A stretch of 32,000 bases of DNA, from positions 150,001-182,000 of the forward strand of contig NC_013967.1 of NCBI RefSeq assembly GCF_000025685.1. The letters are read 5' to 3'. A program made the position numbers and the translations under genes. Positions within the stretch are counted from its first letter, which is position 1. Every line of letters begins with the position of its first letter. Source of the DNA: Haloferax volcanii DS2 (GTDB taxonomy: Archaea; Halobacteriota; Halobacteria; Halobacteriales; Haloferacaceae). The notes below the pieces were generated by a model, which saw only the letters and a program-made list of their open reading frames with translations, searched no databases and was not told the DNA's origin. Positions 24,892 through 31,312 of the stretch are shown here, in pieces.

Positions 24892-26016
24892 ATGAGGGAG
24901 GACCCCGAAGAGGGGATGCTGTCGTGGGACGAGACGGTGTTCCGCGACGAACACGTCTTCGAAATCGACCACGTTCCGGAGACGTTCAACCACCGCGAGA
25001 GCCAACTGCGGAGCCTGAAGTACGCGCTTCGGCCCGCGGTCCGCGGCTCTCGCCCCCTGAACACGATGGTGCGTGGGCCGCCGGGGACGGGCAAGACCAC
25101 CGCGGTCCAGAAGCTGTTCGGCGAGTTGGGCACGCAGTCGGGCGTCCGGACCGTCCGGGTGAACTGCCAGGTCGACTCGACGCGCTACGCGGTGTTCTCG
25201 CGCGTCTTCGAGCACATCTTCGAGTACGAACCCCCGTCGTCGGGCATCTCGTTCAAGAAACTGTTCGGCCAGATAACCGACCGCCTCGTCGAGGACGACG
25301 AGGTGCTCGTCGTCGCGCTCGACGACGTGAACTACCTGTTCTACGAGAACGAGGCCTCCGACACGCTCTACTCGCTGCTGCGCGCCCACGAGGCGCACTC
25401 CGGCGCGCGCATCGGCGTCATCATCATCTCGTCTGACCTCTCGCTCGACGTCATCGACGAACTCGACGGGCGCGTCCAGAGCGTCTTCCGGCCCGAGGAG
25501 GTGTTCTTCCCCCGCTACGACGTGGACGAAATCGTCGATATCCTCCGCGGGCGGTCGAAACGCGGCTTCCACGAGGACGTTATCGGCGCGCCCGAACTCG
25601 ACCAGGTCGCGGAGTTCACCGCCGATAGTGGCGACCTCCGGGTCGGCATCGACCTGCTCCGTCGCGCGGGCCTCCACGCCGAGATGCGCGCCTCCCGAAC
25701 CGTCGACATGGAGGACGTGGAGGCCGCCTACGACAAGTCGAAGTACGTCCACCTCTCGCGGTGTCTGCAAGGGCTTTCGGACCCCGAGCGCGAACTCGTC
25801 CGGGTCGTCGCCGAGTACGACGGCGAGCGCGCCGGCGCGGTGTACGACGCGTTCAACGAGGCGACCGGCCTCGGCTACACGCGCTACTCCGAACTCGTGA
25901 ACAAACTGGACCAACTGGGCGTCATCGAGGCCCGATACACCGAAATCGAGGGACGCGGTCGCACCCGCGCCATCTCGCTCGCCTACGACGCGGACGCGGT
26001 CTTGGACCGCCTCTGA
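24892..26016 (+). CDS. orc: Orc1/Cdc6 replication initiator paralogue
   Basis: VFRDEHVFEIDHVPETFNHRESQL, Walker A GPPGTGKT, Walker B VVALDDVNYL, and a C-terminal winged helix. ATG 24892 has TATA-like CGATTAAGT about 27 nt upstream; ATG 24916 is an alternative start. Confidence 0.93.
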   Translation: MREDPEEGMLSWDETVFRDEHVFEIDHVPETFNHRESQLRSLKYALRPAVRGSRPLNTMVRGPPGTGKTTAVQKLFGELGTQSGVRTVRVNCQVDSTRYAVFSRVFEHIFEYEPPSSGISFKKLFGQITDRLVEDDEVLVVALDDVNYLFYENEASDTLYSLLRAHEAHSGARIGVIIISSDLSLDVIDELDGRVQSVFRPEEVFFPRYDVDEIVDILRGRSKRGFHEDVIGAPELDQVAEFTADSGDLRVGIDLLRRAGLHAEMRASRTVDMEDVEAAYDKSKYVHLSRCLQGLSDPERELVRVVAEYDGERAGAVYDAFNEATGLGYTRYSELVNKLDQLGVIEARYTEIEGRGRTRAISLAYDADAVLDRL

Positions 26017-26076
26017 GGGCGTCTCGCCCGCCCCGTTTCAGGACAATTTTTACTCGCCGGCCGAGTCGGATGAGCC

Positions 26077-26769
26077 ATGAAGACTACCGGCGGAACCGAC
26101 GCGCAGAAGCGCCGCGCCGCGGCGGCGGCGGTCGAAGCGGTCGAAGACGGGGCCGTCGTCGGGCTCGGCACCGGCAGCACCACCGCGTTCGCCATCCGCG
26201 CCATCGGCGACCGCGTCGCCGACGGCCTCGACGTCCGGGGCGTCCCGACCTCCTTCGCGGCCCGCGAACTCGCCCGCGAGTGCGGCATCCCCGTCGTCGA
26301 CCTCGACGAGGTGGACGCTGTCGACCTCGCAATCGACGGGGCCGACCAGGTTGCGCTCGCGGACAGCGCGCTCGTCAAGGGCGGCGGCGCGGCCCACGCC
26401 CGCGAGAAAGTGGTCGACGCCTTCGCCGACCGGTTCCTCGTCGTCGCCGACCCCTCGAAAATCGCGGAAACGCTCTCGCACGCCGTCCCCGTCGAGGTGC
26501 TCCCGTCGGCGCGAACGACCGTCGCGGCGGGCGTCTCGGACCTCGGCGGCGAGGCGACGCTCCGCCGCGCCGAGCGGAAGGACGGCCCCGTCGTCACCGA
26601 CAACGGAAATCTCGTCCTCGACTGCGAGTTCGGCGCGATTCCGAACCCCGAGTCGCTCGCGACCGATCTCGCGTCGCTCCCCGGCGCGGTCGAACACGGT
26701 CTGTTCGTCGGCCTCGCGGACGCGGTCTACGTCGGCACCGACGACGGCGTGGAAGTCACTGAACTCTGA
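26077..26769 (+). CDS. rpiA: Ribose-5-phosphate isomerase A
   Basis: RpiA motifs GLGTGSTTAFAI, DGADQV and KGGGAAHAREK. TATA-like CAATTTTTACT lies about 25 nt upstream. Confidence 0.93.
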   Translation: MKTTGGTDAQKRRAAAAAVEAVEDGAVVGLGTGSTTAFAIRAIGDRVADGLDVRGVPTSFAARELARECGIPVVDLDEVDAVDLAIDGADQVALADSALVKGGGAAHAREKVVDAFADRFLVVADPSKIAETLSHAVPVEVLPSARTTVAAGVSDLGGEATLRRAERKDGPVVTDNGNLVLDCEFGAIPNPESLATDLASLPGAVEHGLFVGLADAVYVGTDDGVEVTEL

Positions 26770-26775
26770 CTCGAT

Positions 26776-26828
26776 TGGTCCGGCGCTCGAACGGAATCCG
26801 GCAGACCGAGTGGTCCGACGCTCGAACG
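26776..26828. repeat. Direct repeat TGGTCCGGCGCTCGAACG / TGGTCCGACGCTCGAACG (18 nt, 1 mismatch, 35-nt period)
   Basis: Read directly at 26776-26793 and 26811-26828, just downstream of the rpiA stop. Confidence 0.5.
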
Positions 26829-26839
26829 TCCCACCTCGA

Positions 26840-26860
26840 CCGCCCCGGCTCACGGGGCGG
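26840..26860 (+). terminator. GC hairpin CCGCCCCG-GCTCA-CGGGGCGG followed by a T-rich tract (GCTTTCTCT); possible terminator in the convergent rpiA / DUF1931 gap
   Basis: Perfect 8-bp stem read directly. It sits between two convergent genes. Archaeal termination normally depends on T-runs, so the functional call is tentative. Confidence 0.3.
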
Positions 26861-26933
26861 GTCGCTTTCTCTGAGAGACACAACCGGCGCTCTTCGGTCG
26901 GCGATAAAAGAACGAGAGGTCTAAAGACCGAGT

Positions 26934-27102
26934 TTACAGGTCGCGGGGCTGGACCGTCTTACGGTCGTTCTGCTCAGCGCGGCGAGCAGCGTCTTCGAGA
27001 AGCTCCTTGACTTCCTCGTCGAGAGCGTCGTAGAAGTCCGAGGCCACGTTCTTGTCCTTGAGCGCTTCCTTGACGGCTGCCTTGACAATGAGGTCTGCCA
27101 TA
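26934..27102 (-). pseudogene. DUF1931-type small histone-fold protein gene (alpha3-truncated, HBb-like); the reading frame is interrupted by one extra nucleotide after codon 14
   Basis: The span is 169 nt, which is 56 codons plus 1. ATG 27102 gives MADLIVKAAVKEAL. The unshifted frame then gives the Arg-rich QGQERGLGLLRRSRR... and stops after 42 aa. Skipping one C at 27060/27061 gives KDKNVASDFYDALDEEVKELLEDAARRAEQNDRKTVQPRDL, with a stop at 26936..26934. TATA-like GTTTATTAAAGG lies 25-30 nt upstream. Confidence 0.6.
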
Positions 27103-27285
27103 CAGGATGTCCTACCGATTCTCCTTTAATAAACTTTCCTATATTGGACGTTAATACCGCCGGATTTGGGGGTTATGGCGCTTCTATGAGGACGGATTTA
27201 CCGGGAACAATCTCCACTTATATATGCTTTATCCCCGAGAGCTCGGAACGACGGGTATGAGTACGCCTCGGGCCAACGTGCGGCC

Positions 27286-28047
27286 ATGCGCGACATCTTG
27301 GAGGCGGTCGCGGACGGTTCGCTCTCGCCCGCCGAGGCCGAGGTACGACTCTCCGGGTACGCGACGACCGACGCCGGGCGGTTCGACGCCGCCAGGGAGA
27401 CGCGGCGCGGCGTCCCCGAAGCGATTCTCGCGGAGGGAAAAACGCCCGACGAGACGGCCACGCTGGCCGTCGCGGCGGTCGAGACCAGCGGTCGTGCGCT
27501 CGTCACCCGCGCCGACACCGCCCACGCCGAGGCCGTCGCCGACGCGCTCCCGGACGCCGACATCGACCGCGACGCCCGGGCGAAGACGGTCGTCGCGGCC
27601 GCGCCGGAGTTCGAGCGCCCCGACCTCGACGCGACCGTCGCCATCGCCACCGGCGGCACCTCCGACGCCGAGGCCGCGGGCGAGGCGGCCGCGGTCCTCC
27701 GCGAGATGGGCGTGGACGTCGAGCGAATCGAAGACGTGGGCGTCGCCCACCTCGGGCGCGTGCTCGACAACCTCGACACGCTCCGCGAGGCCGACGTGGT
27801 CGTCGTCGCCGCCGGCCGCGAGGGCGCGCTGCCGACCGTCGTCGCCGGCCTCGTCGACACGCCCGTCATCGGCCTGCCCGTCTCGACGGGCTACGGCCAC
27901 GGCGGCGACGGCGAGGCGGCCGTCCTCGGGATGCTCCAGTCGTGTACCGTCCTCTCCGCGGTGAACGTCGACGCCGGCTACATCGCCGGCGCGCAGGCCG
28001 GACTCATCGCCCGCGCGGTCGCTGACGCCCGCGACGACGACGCCTGA
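27286..28047 (+). CDS. larB: LarB-type PurE-like carboxylase/hydrolase (pyridinium-3,5-biscarboxylic acid mononucleotide synthase)
   Basis: The N-terminal LarB-specific region is MRDILEAVADGSLSPAEAEVRL...RRGVPEAI. The C-terminal AIR-carboxylase fold is IATGGTSDAEAAGEAAAVL...VVVAAGREGALPTVVAGLVDTPVIGLPVSTGYG. Confidence 0.87.
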   Translation: MRDILEAVADGSLSPAEAEVRLSGYATTDAGRFDAARETRRGVPEAILAEGKTPDETATLAVAAVETSGRALVTRADTAHAEAVADALPDADIDRDARAKTVVAAAPEFERPDLDATVAIATGGTSDAEAAGEAAAVLREMGVDVERIEDVGVAHLGRVLDNLDTLREADVVVVAAGREGALPTVVAGLVDTPVIGLPVSTGYGHGGDGEAAVLGMLQSCTVLSAVNVDAGYIAGAQAGLIARAVADARDDDA

Positions 28048-28194
28048 CCGGGCGCAGTCTGTCCCCCGTCGTCGCCCACGTCTGTCCCCTCGTGGTCGTG
28101 CGCGATTTCGCGTGCGTACGCACACGCGCGAAGCCCTCATATGGGTGGGGGACTGTGTATCACACACCGGCTTGGTGGCTGCCGGACCGCAACA

Positions 28195-28344
28195 ATGCCA
28201 GTCTGTGACCACTGCGGGTCACACGTCTCCGAGCGCTTCGCACGCGTGTTCGCCGACAAGAACGGGCAGGTTCTCGCCTGTCCCAACTGCTCGGCGAACG
28301 CGGGTATCGCGGAGGTCGCTCGACAGCGTGCCCGCACTGCATGA
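28195..28344 (+). CDS. Small zinc-finger protein (49 aa, CxxC ... CPxC)
   Basis: MPVCDHCGSHVSERFARVFADKNGQVLACPNCSANAGIAEVARQRARTA. The internal ATG of ORF 28141..28344 is preferred because the 18 upstream codons are non-acidic and overlap the TATA-like CTCATATGG. Confidence 0.6.
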   Translation: MPVCDHCGSHVSERFARVFADKNGQVLACPNCSANAGIAEVARQRARTA

Positions 28345-28438
28345 CCACTGAAGCGACAAAAGACCACCACGCGAAGCCAACTCCTCGTGCGCGAGGTCGG
28401 GCGCAGGGTTCATACCCGCGCCCCTGAACCATTCTCTC

Positions 28439-28678
28439 GTGCACTTCGTCTACGTCATCGAGTGTAACGACGGCTCGCTGTACACCGGCTACACGACCGA
28501 CGTGGAGCGACGCGTCGCGGAACACGACGCGGGCGAGGGAGCGAAGTACACCCGCGGTCGGACCCCGGTCGAACTCGTCCACGTCGAGGAGTTCGACTCG
28601 AAGTCGGCCGCGATGTCCCGCGAGTACGAGATTAAACAGCTCCGCCGCCGGGAGAAACAGCGACTCGTCGAGTCGTGA
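28439..28678 (+). CDS. GIY-YIG nuclease superfamily protein (UPF0213-like, stand-alone domain)
   Basis: FVYVIECNDGSLYTGYTTDVERRVAEHD...KYTRGR...E.FDSKSAAMSREYEIKQL matches the GIY-(x10)-YTG ... R ... E pattern. The start is GTG. Confidence 0.8.
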   Translation: MHFVYVIECNDGSLYTGYTTDVERRVAEHDAGEGAKYTRGRTPVELVHVEEFDSKSAAMSREYEIKQLRRREKQRLVES

Positions 28679-28740
28679 GCGCTTCTCCTCCCCGTCGGCT
28701 CGTAACGTAGTTTTTTGCTCCACCGCGGAGTGGTGCGCGT

Positions 28741-30114
28741 ATGGACGAAATCTCATTCGGGACCGACGGGTGGCGCGCCACGCTGGACACGTTCACCGAC
28801 GACCGGGTCCGCGTCGTCGGACAGGCGGTCGCGGACTACCTCGCCGACGAGGGCTTCACCGCGCCGGTGCTGGTCGGCTACGACGCCCGCGAGACCTCCC
28901 CCGGCTTCGCGGAGTCGCTCGCGGAGGTCGTCGCCGGCAACGGCTTCGACGTGCTCCTGCCGGAGCGCGACTGCCCGACCCCGCTCGTCGCCTACGCCAT
29001 CGCCGACCGCGGCCTCTCGGGGGCGCTCATGGTCACGGCCTCGCACAACCCGCCGGAGTACAACGGCGTGAAGTTCATCCCCTCGGACGGCGCGCCGGCG
29101 CTCCCCGACGTGACCGACGCGGTCGCCGAGCGACTCGCTGAACCGGACCTCCTCCCCGAGTCCGAGCGCGGCACCATCGAGCGCGTCGACGTGGTCTCGC
29201 CGCACGCCGACCACGCGATGGACCTCGTCGGCGACGACCTCTCGGACCTGACGGTCGTCTACGACGCCATGCACGGCAGCGGCCGCGGCGTCACCGACGC
29301 GCTCCTCGAAGCCGCCGGCGCGGAGGTCGTCCGCCTGCGCTGTGAGCGCGACGCCGACTTCGGCGGCATCTCGCCGGAGCCCTCCGCGGAGAACCTCGGC
29401 GGCCTCGCCGAGGCGATGGCCGAACACGACGCGGACCTCGGGGTCGCCAACGACGGCGACGCCGACCGCATCGGCATCGCCACGCCCGACCGCGGCGTCC
29501 TCGACGAGAACCTCTTTTTCGCCGCCGTCTACGACTACCTGCTCGAATCCGACTCCGGTCCGGCCATCCGGACCGTCTCGACCACGTTCCTCATCGACCG
29601 CATCGCCGAGGCGCACGGCGAGGAGGTGTTCGAGACCGCGGTCGGCTTCAAGTGGGTCGCAGACGGCATGCGCGAACACGACGCGCTCATGGGCGGCGAG
29701 GAGTCCGGCGGCTTCTCGGTCCGCGGGCACGTCCGCGAGAAGGACGGCGTCCTCATGGGCCTGCTCGCGGCCGCCGCGACCGCCGAGGAGGACTTCGACG
29801 CCCGCCTCGACCGCATCGAGGCCGAACACGGCGACATCGTCGCCGACAAGATAAGCGTCGCCTGCCCCGACGCCGAGAAGGCGCGCGTCATCGACGACCT
29901 CGAAGACGTACTTCCGGAGACGGTCGCCGGCCGCGATATCGCCAAGGTCGTCACGCTCGACGGCTTCAAACTCCTCTTAGACGACGGTTCGTGGCTCCTC
30001 GTCCGCCCCTCGGGGACGGAGCCGAAGATGCGCGTCTACGCCGAAGCCGGGAGCGAAGACGCGGTCTCGACGCTCCTCGAAGCCGGCCGCGAACTCGTCG
30101 AACCGCTCGTCTGA
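28741..30114 (+). CDS. Phosphohexomutase (phosphoglucomutase/phosphomannomutase family)
   Basis: Active-site Ser loop TASHNPPEYNGVKF, Mg loop ANDGDADRIG, sugar loop GGEESGG, and phosphate-binding VRPSGTEPKMRVY. Confidence 0.92.
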   Translation: MDEISFGTDGWRATLDTFTDDRVRVVGQAVADYLADEGFTAPVLVGYDARETSPGFAESLAEVVAGNGFDVLLPERDCPTPLVAYAIADRGLSGALMVTASHNPPEYNGVKFIPSDGAPALPDVTDAVAERLAEPDLLPESERGTIERVDVVSPHADHAMDLVGDDLSDLTVVYDAMHGSGRGVTDALLEAAGAEVVRLRCERDADFGGISPEPSAENLGGLAEAMAEHDADLGVANDGDADRIGIATPDRGVLDENLFFAAVYDYLLESDSGPAIRTVSTTFLIDRIAEAHGEEVFETAVGFKWVADGMREHDALMGGEESGGFSVRGHVREKDGVLMGLLAAAATAEEDFDARLDRIEAEHGDIVADKISVACPDAEKARVIDDLEDVLPETVAGRDIAKVVTLDGFKLLLDDGSWLLVRPSGTEPKMRVYAEAGSEDAVSTLLEAGRELVEPLV

Positions 30115-30123
30115 GCGGGCGGT

Positions 30124-30504
30124 TCAGGGCTCTCGTCTCTCTTCTTCGTCGCCGACCGGTCTGACGACCCCGCGGTACGCCGGCGTGAAAAGCGGGAGCG
30201 TCTCCGCGTGCTCGGTCAGCGAGACGCCGTCGCCCCCGGACTCGACGAGGTCCGCGGCCTGAAGCTTCGGCAGGTGGACGTGAACGATGCCGACCTCCGC
30301 CTGCTGGACGACCTGCACGTCGACCTCGTCGGGCGGGAGGTCGGTCGTCCGAACCGCGAGGGCGACCGCGAGGTCCCAGACCGACGCCGGCTCCGACCGG
30401 TCGTGGAGGTACTCCAGCACGTAGCGGCGCGACGGGTCCGCGAGCGCGTCGAACACGCGGTCCCAGTCGGTCAGGATACGGTCGCTCCGGTCTCGGTGTG
30501 CCAT
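30124..30504 (-). CDS. Haloarchaeal winged-helix (ArsR-like) putative transcription regulator
   Basis: FDALADPSRRYVLEYLHDRSEPASVWDLAVALA ... HVHLPKLQAADLVE is typical of halobacterial HTH proteins. ATG at 30504 is preferred over the basic 29-aa extension. Confidence 0.7.
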   Translation of the reverse strand: MAHRDRSDRILTDWDRVFDALADPSRRYVLEYLHDRSEPASVWDLAVALAVRTTDLPPDEVDVQVVQQAEVGIVHVHLPKLQAADLVESGGDGVSLTEHAETLPLFTPAYRGVVRPVGDEEERREP

Positions 30505-30587
30505 GGGCCTTGACTCCCTAGCGCTTGACGACCGGCGGCTAAATCTGTGTCGATTGTTAACTCTCAACATCCGCGGCGGCGCGGCCG

Positions 30588-30998
30588 TCACTCGTCGCGC
30601 AGGACGCCGCGAAACCGCCCCTCGTCGTCGCTTCGGTCCTCGATGTCGAATCCGAGCGACTCGTAGAACGGCTTGACGCCCCCGTCGAAGTCGACGACGA
30701 GTCGGCCCCGGCGGTCGAGCGCCGCACGGACGAGTTGGGTTCCGACCCCCCGGCCGCGGCGACTCGGGGAGACGGCTACGGCCTCGATATAGTCGCCGTC
30801 GAGCGCCAGCGCGCCGACGACCCGGCCGGACGCCTCCGCGACGAGGCAGTCGCCGGCGGCCAGTCGGTCGCGGATTTCGCCCGCGTCGGCTTCGAGCAGT
30901 CCGGCGTCGAGGACGCGCATCACGGCCACCAGTTCGTCGGGGTCGCCCTCGCGGACGCGGGCTCCGCCGGTCTCACGGTCTCTCTCGGTGTCTTCCAT
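30588..30998 (-). CDS. GNAT-family N-acetyltransferase
   Basis: Acetyl-CoA binding motif [21 protein letters not shown], then a C-terminal FYESLGF. The start at ATG 30998 lies 8 nt downstream of the SAMP2 stop. Confidence 0.8.
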   Translation of the reverse strand: MEDTERDRETGGARVREGDPDELVAVMRVLDAGLLEADAGEIRDRLAAGDCLVAEASGRVVGALALDGDYIEAVAVSPSRRGRGVGTQLVRAALDRRGRLVVDFDGGVKPFYESLGFDIEDRSDDEGRFRGVLRDE

Positions 30999-31006
30999 AC
31001 CGCCGA

Positions 31007-31207
31007 CTACCCGCCTTTGATGAGGCGGAGCACCTTCACGCGGTCGACTTCGACGGACTGGTCTTCGGGGACGGGGCGGCCGTCGACGAGGACGGTCACC
31101 TCGTGGGGGCTGAGGTCCACCGCCCGCACGAGGTCCGCGTAGGTCCCGTCGTCGTCGACGGCGACCTCGCTGGTCTCCTCGCCGACGACCTCGACGGTCA
31201 CGTTCAT
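31007..31207 (-). CDS. samp2: Ubiquitin-like small archaeal modifier protein SAMP2 (MoaD/ThiS beta-grasp, C-terminal Gly-Gly)
   Basis: The 66-aa [66 protein letters not shown] ends in GG followed by the stop. It matches my memory of H. volcanii SAMP2. It forms the C-terminal part of track ORF 31007..31642. Confidence 0.9.
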   Translation of the reverse strand: MNVTVEVVGEETSEVAVDDDGTYADLVRAVDLSPHEVTVLVDGRPVPEDQSVEVDRVKVLRLIKGG

Positions 31208-31312
31208 GGTCGCTCGTGGGTCGGGCGCGGGTTTCAGTCCGTCGGCTCGGCGTCGGCCGGGGGCGGTCTCCGTCTCGCACGGTTTATGTGCGGGGCGGTC
31301 GGTAGAACGGAT

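Noticed and set aside
28399-28431. GGGCGCAGGGTTCATACCCGCGCCCCTGAACCA, which resembles the 3' part of a tRNA (T-arm-like hairpin ending in CCA) and so a possible integration att site.
   Set aside because: The loop is 6 nt and non-canonical, and the stem has a bulge. There is no upstream D or anticodon arm. No integrase or foreign-looking DNA is adjacent. It is more simply an intergenic hairpin.
28439-28678. The GIY-YIG gene as a homing endonuclease or mobile element.
   Set aside because: It is only a 79-aa stand-alone catalytic domain (UPF0213-like) with no DNA-binding extension. There is no intron or intein context and no flanking repeats.
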